A stretch of 64,000 nt of DNA from Eledone cirrhosa. Taxonomy: Eukaryota. Position 1 is the stretch's first letter. Each line of letters begins with the position of its first letter. The stretch spans positions 53,001 through 117,000 of the forward strand of contig CAXHJY010000488.1 of assembly GCA_964016885.1 (NCBI GenBank), read 5' to 3'. Both the position numbers and the translations under genes were made by a program. This document shows, piece by piece, positions 1 to 15,000 of the stretch. A model generated the notes under the pieces. That model saw only the letters and a list, made by a program, of their open reading frames with translations, did no database searches and was not told the DNA's origin.

Positions 1-3000
1 ATCTGGCAGTCATCTTTGATATGGCAGTCATCTTTGATATGGCAGTCATCTTTGATATGGCAGTCATGTTTGATATGGCAGACATGTTTGATATGGCAGT
101 CACCTTTGATATGGCAGTCATCTTTGATATGGCAGTCATGTTTGCTATGGAAGTCATGTTTGATATGGAAGTCATCTTTGATACGGCAGTCATCTTTGAT
201 ATGGCAGTCATCTTTGATATGGCAGTCATGTTTGATATGGCAGCCATGTTTGATATGGCAGTCATCTTTGATATGGCAGACATGTTTGATATGGCAGTCA
301 TCTTTGATATGGCAGTCATCTTTGATACGGCAGTCATGTTTGATATGGAAGTCATCTTTGATATGGCAGTCATCTTTGATATGGCAGTCGTGTTTGATAT
401 GGCAGTTATGTTTGATATGGCAGTCATCTTTGATATGGCAGTCATCTTTGATATGGCAGTCATGTTTGATATGGCAGTCATCTTTGATATGGCAGTCATG
501 TTTGATATGGCAGTCATGTTTGATATGGCAGTCACCTTTGATATGGCAGTCATCTTTGATATGGCAGTCATGTTTGATATGGAAGTCATCTTTGATATGG
601 CAGTCATCTTTGATATGGCAGTCATGTTTGATATGGCAGTCATGTTTGAAATGGCAGTCATCTTTGATATGGCAGTCATCTTTGATATGGCAGCCATGTT
701 TGATATGGCAGTCATCTTTGATATGGCAGTCATGTTTGATATGGCAGTCATGTTTGATATGGCAGTCACCTTTGATATGGCAGTCATCTTTGATATGGCA
801 GCCATGTTTGATATGGCAGTCATGTTTGATATGGCAGTCATGTTTGATATGGCAGTCACCTTTGATATGGCAGTCATCTTTGATATGGCAGTTATGTTTG
901 ATATGGCAGTCATCTTTGATATGGCTGTCATCTTTGATATGGCAGTCATCTTTGATATGGCAGTCATCTTTGATATGGCAGTCATGTTTGATATGGCAGA
1001 CATGTTTAATATGGCAGTCATCTTTGATATGGCAGTCATCTTTGATATGACAGTCATGTTTGATATGGAAGTCATCTTTGATATGGCAGTCATCTTTGAT
1101 ATGGCAGTCATCTTTGATATGGCAGTCATGTTTGATATGGCAGTCATCTTTGATATGGCAGTCATCTTTGATATGGCAGTCATGTTTGATATGGCAGTCA
1201 TGTTTGATATGGCAGTCATGTTTGATATGGAAGTCATGTTTGATATGGCAGTCATGTCTGATATGGCAGTCATCTTTGATATGGCAGTTATGTTTGATAT
1301 GGCAGTCATCTTTGATATGGCAGTCATCTTTCATATGGCAGTCATGTTTGATATGGAAGTCATCTTTGATATGGCAGTCATCTTTGATATGGCAGTCGTG
1401 TTTGATATGGCAGTTAGGTTTGATATGGCAGTCATCTTTGATATGGCAGTCATCTTTGATATGGCAGTCATGTTTGATATGGCAGTCATCTTTGATATGG
1501 CAGTCATGTTTGATATGGCAGTCACCTTTGATATGGCAGTCATCTTTGATATGGCAGTCATGTTTGATATGGCAGTCATGTTTGAAATGGCAGTCATCTT
1601 TGATATGGCAGTCATCTTTGATATGGCAGTCATGTTTGATATGGCAGTCATCTTTGATATGGCAGTCATGTTTGATATGGCAGTCATGTTTGATATGGCA
1701 GTCACCTTTGATATGGCAGTCATCTTTGATATGGCAGCCATGTTTGATATGGCAGTCATGTTTGATATGGCAGTCATGTTTGATATGGCAGTCACCTTTG
1801 ATATGGCAGTCATCTTTGATATGGCAGTTATGTTTGATATGGCAGTCATCTTTGATATGGCTGTCATCTTTGATATGGCAGTCATGTTTGATATGGCAGT
1901 CATCTTTGATATGGCAGTCATGTTTGATATGGCAGTCATCTTTGATATGGCAGTCATCTTTCATATGGCAGTCATCTTTGATATGGCAGTCATCTTTGAT
2001 ATGGCAGTCATGTTTGATATGGCAGACATGTTTGATATGGCAGTCATCTTTGATATGGCAGTCATCTTTGATATGACAGTCATGTTTGATATGGAAGTCA
2101 TCTTTGATATGGCAGTCATCTTTGATATGGCAGTCATCTTTGATATGGCAGTCATGTTTGATATGGCAGTCATCTTTGATATGGCAGTCATCTTTGATAT
2201 GGCAGTCATGTTTGATATGGCAGTCATGTTTGATATGGCAGTCATGTTTGATATGGAAGTCATGTTTGATATGGCAGTCATGTCTGATATGGCAGTCATC
2301 TTTGATATGGCAGTTATGTTTGATATGGCAGTCATCTTTGATATGGCAGTCATCTTTCATATGGCAGTCATGTTTGATATGGAAGTCATCTTTGATATGG
2401 CAGTCATCTTTGATATGGCAGTCGTGTTTGATATGGCAGTTATGTTTGATATGGCAGTCATCTTTGATATGGCAGTCATCTTTGATATGGCAGTCATGTT
2501 TGATATGGCAGTCATCTTTGATATGGCAGTCATGTTTGATATGGCAGTCATGTTTGATATGGCAGTCACCTTTGATATGGCAGTCATCTTTGATATGGCA
2601 GTCATGTTTGATATGGAAGTCATCTTTGATATGGCAGTCATCTTTGATATGGCAGTCATGTTTGATATGGCAGTCATGTTTGAAATGGCAGTCATCTTTG
2701 ATATGGCAGTCATCTTTGATATGGCAGTCATGTTTGATATGGCAGTCATCTTTGATATGGCAGTCATGTTTGATATGGCAGTCATGTTTGATATGGCAGT
2801 CACCTTTGATATGGCAGTCATCTTTGATATGGCAGTCATCTTTGATATGGCAGTCATGTTTGATATGGCAGTCATGTTTGAAATGGCAGTCATCTTTGAT
2901 ATGGCAGTCATCTTTGATATGGCAGTCATGTTTGATATGGCAGTCATCTTTGATATGGCAGTCATGTTTGATATGGCAGTCATGTTTGATATGGCAGTCA

Positions 3001-6000
3001 CCTTTGATATGGCAGTCATCTTTGATATAGCAGTCATCTTTGATATGGCAGTCATCTTTGATATGGCAGTCGTATTTGATATGGCAGTCATGTTTGATAT
3101 GGCAGTCATGTTTGATATGGAAGTCATCTTTGATATGGCAGTCATCTTTGATATGGCAGTCATGTTTGATATGGCAGTCATCTTTGATATGGCAGTCATG
3201 TTTGATATGGCAGACATGTTTGATATGGCAGTCAACTTTGATATGGCAGTCATCTTTGATATGGCAGTCATGTTTGATATGGCAGTCATGTTTGATATGG
3301 AAGTCATCTTTGATATGGCAGTCATCTTTGATATGGCAGTCATCTTTGATATGGCAGTCATCTTTGATATGGCAGTCATGTTTGATATGGCAGTCATGTT
3401 TGATATGGCAGACTTGTTTGATATGGAAGTCATCTTTGATATGGCAGTCATCTTTGATATGGCAGTCATGTTTGATATGGCAGTCATCTTTGATATGGCA
3501 GTCATGTTTGATATGGCAGTCATGTTTGCTATGGAAGTCATGTTTGATATGGAAGTCATCTTTGATACGGCAGTCATCTTTGATATGGCAGTCATGTTTG
3601 ATATGGCAGTCATGTTTGATATGGCAGTCATATTTGATATGGCAGTCATGTTTGATATGGCAGTCATGTTTGATATGGCAGTCACCTTTGATATGGCAGT
3701 CATCTTTGATATGGCAGTCATGTTTGATATGGCAGTCATGTTGGATATGGCAGTCATCTTTGATATGGCAGTCATGTTTGATATGGCAGTCATCTTTGAT
3801 ATGGCAGTCATGTTTGATATGGCAGTCATCTTTGATATGGCAGTCATCTTTGATATGGCAGTCATCTTTGATATGGCAGTCATCTTTGATATGGCAGTCA
3901 TGTTTGATATGGCAGACATGTTTGATATGACAGTCATCTTTGATATGGCAGTCATCTTTGATATGACAGTCATGTTTGATATGGAAGTCATCTTTGATAT
4001 GGCAGTCATCTTTGATATGGCAGTCATCTTTGATATGGCAGTCATGTTTGATATGGCAGTCATGTTTGATATGGCAGTCATGTTTGATATGGCAGTCATG
4101 TTTGATATGGAAGTCATGTTTGATATGGCAGTCATGTCTGATATGGCAGTCATCTTTGATATGGCAGTCATGTTTGATATGGCAGTCATCTTTGATATGG
4201 CAGTCATCTTTCATATGGCAGTCATGTTTGATATGGAAGTCATCTTTGATATGGCAGTCATCTTTGATATGGCAGTCATGTTTGATATGGCAGTCATGTT
4301 TGATATGGCAGTCATCTTTGATATGGCAGTCATCTTTGATATGGCAGTCATCTTTGATATGGCAGTCATGTTTGATATGGCAGTCATGTTTGATATGGCA
4401 GTCACCTTTGATATGGCAGTCATCTTTGATATGGCAGTCATGTTTGATATGGAAGTCATCTTTGATATGGCAGTCATCTTTGATATGGCAGTCATGTTTG
4501 ATATGGCAGTCATGTTTGATATGGCAGTCATCTTTGATATGGCAGTCATCTTTGATATGGCAGTCATGTTTGATATGGCAGTCATCTTTCATATGGCAGT
4601 CATGTTTGATATGGCAGTCATGTTTGATATGGCAGTCACCTTTGATATGGCAGTCATCTTTGATATGGCAGTCATGTTTGATATGGATGTCATCTTTGAT
4701 ATGGCAGTCATCTTTGATATGGCAGTCATCTTAGATATGGCAGTCATCTTTGATATGGCAGTCATGTTTGATATGGCAGTCATGTTTGATATGGCAGTCA
4801 TGTTTGATATGGCAGTCATCTTTGATATGGCAGTCATGTTTGATATGGCAGTCATGTTTGATATGGCAGTCATGTTTGATATGGAAGTCATCTTTGATAT
4901 GGCAGTCATCTTTGATATGGCAGTCATGTTTGATATGGCAGTCATGTTTGATATGGCAGTCACCTTTCATATGGCAGTCATCTTTGATATGGCAGTCATG
5001 TTTGATATGGCAGTCATGTTTGATATGGCAGTCATCTTTGATATGGCAGTCATGTTTGATATGGCAGTCATCTTTGATATGGCAGTCATCTTTGATATGG
5101 CAGTCATGTTTGTTATGGCAGTCATCTTTGATATGGCAGTCATGTTTGATATGGAAGTCATCTTTGATATGGCAGTCATCGTTGATATGGCAGTCATGTT
5201 TGATATGGCAGTCATGTTTGATATGGCAGTGATCTTTGATATGGCAGTCATGTTTGATATGGCAGTCATCTTTGATATGGCAGTCATGTTTGATATGGCA
5301 GACATGTTTGATATGGCAGTCATCTTTGATATGGCAGTCATCTTTGATATGGCAGTCATGTTTGATATGGAAGTCATCTTTGATATGGCAGTCATCTTTG
5401 ATATGGCAGTCATCTTTGATATGGCAGTCATCTTTGATATGGCAGTCATGTTTGATATGGCAGTCATGTTTGATATGGCAGTCATGTTTGATATGGAAGT
5501 CATCTTTGATCTGGCAGTCATCTTTGATATGGCAGTCATGTTTGATATGGCAGTCATCTTTGATATGGCAGTCATGTTTGATATGGCAGACATGTTTGAT
5601 ATGGCAGTCACCTTTGATATGGCAGTCATCTTTGATATGGCAGTCATGTTTGCTATGGAAGTCATGTTTGATATGGAAGTCATCTTTGATACGGCAGTCA
5701 TCTTTGATATGGCAGTCATCTTTGATATGGCAGTCATGTTTGATATGGCAGTCATGTTTGATATGGCAGTCATGTTTGATATGGCTGTCATGTTTGATAT
5801 GGCAGTCACCTTTGATATGGCAGTCATCTTTGATATGGCAGTCATGTTTGATATGGCAGTCATCTTTGATATGGCTGTCATCTTTGATATGGCAGTCATC
5901 TTTGATATGGCAGTCATCTTTGATATGGCAGTTATGTTTGATATGGCAGTCATCTTTGATATAGCAGTCATCTTTGATATGGCAGTCATCTTTGATATGG

Positions 6001-9000
6001 CAGTCATCTTTGATATGGCAGTCATGTTTGATATGGCAGACATGTTTGATATGGCAGTCATCTTTGATATGGCAGTCATCTTTGATATGACAGTCATGTT
6101 TGATATGGAAGTCATCTTTGATATGGCAGTCATCTTTGATATGGCAGTCATCTTTGATATGGCAGTCATCTTTGATATGGCAGTCATGTTTGATATGGCA
6201 GTCATGTTTGATATGGAAGTCATGTTTGATATGGCAGTCATGTCTGATATGGCAGTCATGTTTGATATGGCAGTCATGTTTGATATGGCAGTCATGTTTG
6301 ATATGGCAGTCATCTTTCATATGGCAGTCATGTTTGATATGGAAGTCATCTTTGATATGGCAGTCATCTTTGATATGGCAGTCATGTTTGATATGGCAGT
6401 CATGATTGATATGGGAGTCATCTTTGATATGGCAGTCATCTTTGATATGGCAGTCATGTTCCATATGGCAGTCATCTTTGATATGGCAGTCATGTTTGAC
6501 ATGGCAGTCATGTTTGATATGGCAGTCACCTTTGATATGGCAGTCATCTTTGATATGGCAGTCATGTTTGATATGGAAGTCATGTTTGATATGGCAGTCA
6601 TGTTTGAAATGGCAGTCATCTTTGATATGGCAGTCATCTTTGATATGGCAGTCATCTTTGATATGGCAGTCATGTTTGATATGGCAGTCATGTTTGATAT
6701 GGCAGTCACCTTTGATATGGCAGTCATCTTTGATATGGCAGTCATGTTTGATATGGATGTCATCTTTGATATGGCAGTCATCTTTGATATGGCAGTCATG
6801 TTTGATATGGCAGTCATGTTTGCTATGGCAGTCATGTTTGATATGGCAGTCATGTTTGATATGGAAGTCATCTTTGATATGGCAGTCATCTTTGATATGG
6901 CAGTCATGTTTGATATGGCAGTCATGTTTGATATGGCAGTCATGTTTGATATGGCAGTCACCTTTGATATGGCAGTCATCTTTGATATGGCAGTCATGTT
7001 TGATATGGCAGTCATGTTTGATATGGCAGTCATCTTTGATATGGCAGTCATGTTTGATATGGCAGTCATCTTTGATATGGCAGTCATGTTTGATATGGCA
7101 GTCATCTTTGATATGGCAGTCATGTTTGATATGGCAGTCATCTTTGATATGGCAGTCATCTTTGATATGGCAGTCATGTTTGATATGGAAGTCATCTTTG
7201 ATATGGCAGTCATCTTTGATATGGCAGTCATCTTTGATATGGCAGTCATCTTTGATATGGCAGTCGTATTTGATATGGCAGTCATGTTTGATATGGCAGT
7301 CATGTTTGATATGGAAGTCATCTTTGATATGGCAGTCATCTTTGATATGGCAGTCATGTTTGATATAGCAGTCATCTTTGATATGGCAGTCATGTTTGAT
7401 ATGGCAGACTTGTTTGATATGGCAGTCAACTTTGATATGGCAGTCATCTTTGATATGGCAGTCATGTTTGATATGGAAGTCATGTTTGATATGGAAGTCA
7501 TCTTTGATACGGCAGTCATGTTCGATATGGAAGTCATCTTTGATATGGCAGTCATCTTTGATATGGCAGTCATGTTTGATATGGCAGTCATGTTTGATAT
7601 GGCAGTCATGTTTGATATGGCAGTCATGTTTGATATGGCAGTCATGTTTGATATGGCAGTCATGTTTGATATGGCAGTCATGTTTGATATGGAAGTCATG
7701 TTTGATATGGCAGTCATGTTTGATATGGCAGTCATGTTTGATATGGCAGTCATCTTTGATATGGCAGTCATGTTTGAAATGAAAGTCATCTTTGATATGG
7801 CAGTCATCTTTGATATGGCAGTCATGTTTGATATGGCAGTCATGTTTGATATGGCAGTCATCTTTGATATGGCAGTCATCTTTGATATGGCAGTCATGTT
7901 TGATATGGCAGTCATCTTTGATATGGCAGTCATCTTTGATATGGCAGTCATGTTTGATATGGCAGTCATCTTTGTTATGGCAGTCATGTTTGATATGGCA
8001 GTCATGTTTGATATGGCAGTCATGTTTGATATGGAAGTCATCTTTGATATGGCAGTCATCTTTGATATGGCAGTCATGTTTGATATGGCAGTCATGTTTG
8101 ATATGGCAGTCATGTCTGATATGGCAGTCATCTTTGATATGGCAGTCATGTTTGATATGGCAGTCATGTTTGATATGGCAGTCATGTTTGATATGGAAGT
8201 CATGTTTGATATGGCAGTCATGTCTGATATGGCAGTCATGTTTGATATGGCAATCATGTTTGATATGACAGTCATCTTTGATATGGCAGTCATCTTTGAT
8301 ATGGCAGTCATGTTTGATATGGCAGTCATGTTTGATATGGCAGTTATGTTTGATATGGAAGTCATCTTTGATATGGCAGTCATCTTTGATATGGCAGTCA
8401 TGTTTGATATGGCAGTCATGTTTGATATGGCTGTCATGTTTGATATGGCAGTCATCTTTGATATGGCAGTCATCTTTGATATGGCAGTCATGTTTGATAT
8501 GGCAGTCATGTTTGATATGGAAGTCATGTTTGATATGGCAGTCATGTCTGATATGGCAGTCATCTTTGATATGGCAGTCATGTTTGATATGGAAGTCATC
8601 TTTGATATGGCAGTCATCTTTGATATGGCAGTCATGTTTGATATGGCAGTCATGTTTGATATGGAAGTCATCTTTGATATGGCAGTCATCTTTGATATGG
8701 CAGTCATCTTTGATATGGCAGTCATGTTTGATATGGAATCATCTTTGATATGGCAGTCATCTTTGATATGGCAGTCATGTTTGATATGGCAGTCATGTTT
8801 GATATGGCAGTCATCTTTGATATGGCAGTCATCTTTGATATGGAAGTCATCATTCATATGGCAGTCATGTTTGATATGGCAGTCATCTTTGATATGGCAG
8901 TCATCTTTTATATGGCAGTCATGTTTGATATGGAAGTCATGTTTGATATGGCAGTCATCTTTGATATGGCAGTAATCTTTGATATGGCAGTCATCTTTGA

Positions 9001-12000
9001 TATGGCAGTCATGTTTGATATGGCAGTCATCTTTGATATGGCAGTCAAGTTTGATATGGCAGTCATCTTTGATATGGTAGTCATGTTTGATATGGCAGTC
9101 ATCTTTGATATGGCAGTCATGTTTGATATGGCAGTCATGTTTGATATGGCAGTCATGTTTGATATGGAAGTCATCTTTGATATGGCAGTCATCTTTGATA
9201 TGGAAGTCATGTTTGATATGGCAGTCATCTTTGATATCGCAGTCATCTTTGATATGGCAGTCATCTTTGATATGGCAGTCATGTTTGATATGGCAGTCAT
9301 GTTTGATATGGCAGTCATGTTTGATATGGCAGTCATGTTTGATATGGCAGTCATCTTTGATATGGCAGTCATGTTTGATATGGCAGTCATCTTTGATATG
9401 GCAGTCATGTTTGATATGGCAGTCATCTTTGATATGGCAGTCATGTTTGATATGGCAGTCATCTTTGATATGGCAGTCATGTTTGATATGGAAGTCATGT
9501 TTGATATGGCAGTCATCTTTGATATGGGAGTGATGTTTAATATGGAAGTCATCTTTGATATGGCAGTCATCTTTGATATGGCAGTCATGTTTGATATGGC
9601 AGTCATGTTTGATATGGCAGTCATCTTTGATATGGCAGTCATGTTTGATATGGCAGTCACCTTTGATATGGCAGTCATCTTTGATATGGCAGTCATGTTT
9701 GATATGGCAGTCATGTTTGATATGGAGTCACCTTTGATATGGCAGTCATCTTTGATATGGCAGTCATGTTTGATATGGATGTCATCTTTGATATGGCAGT
9801 CATCTTTGATATGGCAGTCATCTTTGATATGGCAGTCATGTTTGATATGGCAGTCATGTTTGATATGGCAGTCATGTTTGATATGGAAGTCATCTTTGAT
9901 ATGGCAGCCATGTTTGATATGGCAGTCATGTTTGATATGGCAGTCATGTTTGATATGGAAGTCATATTTGATATGGCAGTCATCTCTGATATGGCAGTCA
10001 TGTTTGATATGGCATTCATGTTTGATATGTCAGTCATGTTTGATATGGCATTCATCTTTGATATGGCAGTCATCTTTGATATGGCAGTCATGTTTGATAT
10101 GGCAGTCATGTTTGATATGGAAGTCATGTTTGATATGGCAGTCATGTCTGATATGGCAGTCATCTTTGATATAGCAGTCATGTTTGATATGGAAGTCATC
10201 TTTGATATGGCAGTCATCTTTGATATGGCAGTCATGTTTGATATGGCAGTCATGTTTGATATGGCAGTCATGTTTGATATGGCAGTCATCTTTGATATGG
10301 CAGTCATCTTTGATATGGAAGTCATCTTTCATATGGCAGTCATGTTTGATATGGCAGTCATGTTTGATATGGCAGTCATCTTTTATATGGCAGTCATGTT
10401 TGATATGGAAGTCATGTTTGATATGGCAGTCATCTTTGATATGGCATTCATGTTTGATATGGAAGGCATCTTTGATATGGCAGTCATGTTTGATATGGCA
10501 GTCATCTTTGATATGGCAGTCATCTTTGATATGGCAGTCATCTTTGATATGGCAGTCATCTTTGATATGGCAGTCATCTTTGATATGGCAGTCATGTTTG
10601 ATATGGCAGTCATCTTTGATATGGCAGTCATGTTTGATATGGCAGTCATCTTTGATATGGCAGTCATGTTTGATATGGCAGTCATCTTTGATATGGCAGT
10701 CATGTTTGATATGGCAGTCATCTTTGATATGGCAGTCATGTTTGATATGGAAGTCATCTTTGATATGGCAGTCATCTTTGATATGGAAGTCATGTTTGAT
10801 ATGGCAGTCAAGTTTGATATGGCAGTCATCTTTGATATGGCAGTCATCTTTGATATGGCAGTCATGTTTGATATGGCAGTCATGTTTGATATGGCAGTCT
10901 TCTTTGATATGGCAGTCTTCTTTGATATGGCAGTCATCTTTGATATGGCAGTCATGTTTGATATGGCAGTCATGTTTGATATGGCAGTCATGTTTGATAT
11001 GGCAGTTATGTTTGATATGGAAGTCATCTTTGATATGGCAGTCATCTTTGATATGGCAGTCTTGTTTGATATGGCAGTCATGTTTGATATGGCTGTCATC
11101 TTTGATATGGCAGTCATGTTTGATATGGCAGTCATCTTTGATATCGCAGTCATGTTTGATATGGCAGTCATGTTTGATATGGCAGTCATGTTTGATATGG
11201 CAGTCATCTTTGATATGGCAGTCATCTTTGATATGGCAGTCATCTTTGATATGGCAGTCATGTTTGATATGGAAGTCATGTCTGATATGGCAGTCATGTC
11301 TGATATGGCAGTCATGTTTGATATGGCAGTCATGTTTGATATGGCAGTCATCTTTGATATGGCAGTCATCTTTGATATGGCAGTCATCTTTGATATGGCA
11401 GTCATGTTTGATATGGCAGTCATGTTTGATATGGAAGTCATCTTTGATATGGCAGTCATCTTTGATATGGCTGTCATGTGTGATATGGCAGTCATGTTTG
11501 ATATGTCAGTCATGTTTGATATGGCAGTCATCTTTGATATGGCAGTCATCTTTGATATGGCAGTCATATTTGATATGGCAGTCATGTTTGATATGGAAGT
11601 CATGTTTGATATAGCAGTCATGTCTGATATGGCAGTCATCTTTGATATGGCAGTCATGTTTGATATGGAATCATCTTTGATATGGCAGTCATCTTTGATA
11701 TGGCAGTCATGTTTGATATGGCAGTCATGTTTGATATGGCAGTCATCTTTGATATGGCAGTCATCTTTGATATGGAAGTCATCTTTCATATGGCAGTCAT
11801 GTTTGATATGGCAGTCATCTTTTATATGGCAGTCATGTTTGATATGGAAGTCATGTTTGATATGGCAGTCATCTTTGATATGGCAGTCATGTCTGATATG
11901 GAAGTCATCTTTGATATGGCAGTCATGTTTGATATGGCAGTCATCTTTGATATGGCAGTCATCTTTGATATGGCAGTCATGTTTGATATGGCAGTCATGT

Positions 12001-15000
12001 TTGATATGGCAGTCATGTTTGATATGGCAGTCATGTTTGATATGGCAGTCATCTTTGATATGACAGTCATGTTTGATATGGCAGTCATGTTTGATATGGA
12101 AGTCATGTTTGATATGGCAGTCATGTCTGATATGGCAGTCATGTTTGATATGGCAGTCATGTTTGACATCGCAGTCATCTTTGATATGGCAGTCATCTTT
12201 GATATGGCAGTCATGTTTGATATGGCAGTCATGTTTGATATGGCAGTCATGTTTGATATGGAAGTCATCTTTGATATGGCAGTCATCTTTGATATGGCAG
12301 TCATATTTGATATGGCAGTCATGTTTGATATGTCAGTCATGTTTGATATGGCAGTCATCTTTGATATGGCAGTCATGTTTGATATGGCAGTCATCTTTTA
12401 TATGGCAGTCATGTTTGATATGGAAGTCATGTTTGATATGGCAGTCATCTTTGATATGGCAGTCATGTTTGATATGACAGTCATGTTTGATATGGCAGTC
12501 ATCTTTGATATGGCAGTCATCTTTGATATGGCAGTCATCTTTGATATGGAAGTCATCTTTCATATGGCAGTCATGTTTGATATGGCAGTCATGTTTGATA
12601 TGGCAGTCATCTTTTATATGGCAGTCATGTTTGATATGGAAGTCATTTTTGATATGGCAGTCATCTTTGATATGGCAGTCATGTTTGATATGGAAGTCAT
12701 CTTTGATATGGCAGTCATGTTTGATATGGCAGTCATGTTTGATATGGCAGTCATCTTTGATATGGCAGTCATCTTTGATATGGCAGTCATCTTTGATATG
12801 GCAGTTATGTTTGATATGGCAGTCATCTTTGATATGGCAGTCATGTTTGATATGGCAGTCATCTTTGATATGGCAGTCATGTTTGATATGGCAGTCATCT
12901 TTGATATGGCAGTCATGTTTGATATGGCAGTCATGTTTGATATGGCAGTCATGTTTGATATGGAAGTCATCTTTGATATGGCAGTCATGTTTGATATGGC
13001 AGTCATGTTTGATATGGCAGTCATGTTTGATATGGCAGTCATGTTTGATATGGCAGTCATCTTTGATATGGCAGTCATGTTTGATATGGCAGTCATGTTT
13101 GATATGGCAGTCATGTTTGATATGGCAGTTATGTTTGATATGGAAGTCATCTTTGATATGGCAGACATCTTTGTTATGGCAGTCTTGTTTGATATGGCAG
13201 TCATGTTTGATATGGCAGTCATGTTTGATATGGTAGTCATCTTTGATATGGCAGTCATCTTTGATATGGAAGTCATGTTTGATATGGCAGTCATGTTTGA
13301 TATGGCAGTCATGTTTGATATGGCAGTCATCTTTGATATGGCAGTCATCTTTGATATGGAAGTCATGTTTGATGTGGCAGTCATGTTTGATATGGAAGTC
13401 TTCTTTGATATGGCAGTCATGTTTGATATGGCAGTCATGTTTGATATGGCAGTCATGTTTGATATGGAAGTCATCTTTGATATGGCAGTCATCTTTGATA
13501 TGGCAGTCATCTTTGATATGGCAGTCATGTTTGATATGGCAGTAATGTTTGATATGGCAGTCATCTTTGATATGGCAGTCATCTTTGATATAGCAGTCAT
13601 GTTTGATATGGAAGTCATGTTTGATATGGCAGTCATGTTTGATATGGAAGTCATCTTTGATATGGCAGTCATCTTTGATATGGCAGTCATGTTTGATATG
13701 GCAGTCATGTTTGATATGGCAGTCATGTTTGATATGGCAGTCATCTTTGATATGGCAGTCATCTTTGATATGGCAGTCATGTTTGATATGGCAGTCATGT
13801 TTGATATGGAAGTCATGTTTGATATGGCAGTCATGTCTGATATGGCAGTCATCTTTGATATGGCAGTCATGTTTGATATGGCAGTCATCTTTGATATGGC
13901 AGTCATGTTTGATATGGCAGTCATGTTTGATATGGAAGTCATCTTTGATATGGCAGTCATATTTGATATGGAAGTCATCTTTGATATGGCAGTCATCTTT
14001 GATATGGTAGTCATGTTTGATATGGCAGTCATGTTTGATATGGCAGTCATGTTTGATATGGCAGTCGTGTTTGATATGGCAGTCGTCTTTGATATGGCAG
14101 TCATCTTTGATATGGCAGTCATGTTTGATATGGCAGTCGTGTTTGATATGGCAGTTATGTTTGATATGGAAGTCATCTTTGATATGGCAGTCATCTTTGA
14201 TATGGCAGTCTTGTTTGATATGGCAGTCATGTTTGATATGGCAGTCATCTTTGATATGGCAGTCATCTTTGATATGGCAGTCATCTTTGATATGGCAGTC
14301 ATGTTTGATATGGCAGTCATGTTTGATACGGAAGTCATGTTTGATATGACAGTCATGTCTGATATGGCAGTCATCTTTGATATGGCAGTCATGTTTGATA
14401 TGGAATCATCTTTGATATGGCAGTCATCTTTGATATGGCAGTCATGTTTGATATGGCAGTCATGTTTGATATGGCAGTCATCTTTGATATGGCAGTCATC
14501 TTTGATATGGAAGTCATGTTTGATATGGCAGTCATGTTTGATATGGCAGTAATCTTTGATATGGCAGTCATGTTTGATATGGCAGTCATGTTTGATATGG
14601 CAGTCATGTTTGATATGGCAGTCATCTTTGATATGGCAGTCATCTTTGATATAGCAGTCATGTTTGATATGGAAGTCATGTTTGATATGGCAGTCATGTT
14701 TGATATGGAAGTCATCTTTGATATGGCAGTCATCTTTGATATGGCAGTCATGTTTCATATGGCAGTCATGTTTGATATGGCAGTCATGTTTGATATGGCA
14801 GTCATCTTTGATATGGCAGTCATCTTTGATATGGCAGTCATGTTTGATATGGCAGTCATGTTTGATATGGAAGTCATGTTTGATATGGCAGTCATGTCTG
14901 ATATGGCAGTCATCTTTGATATGGCAGTCATGTTTGATATGGCAGTCATCTTTGATATGGCAGTCATGTTTGATATGGCAGTCATGTTTGATATGGAAGT

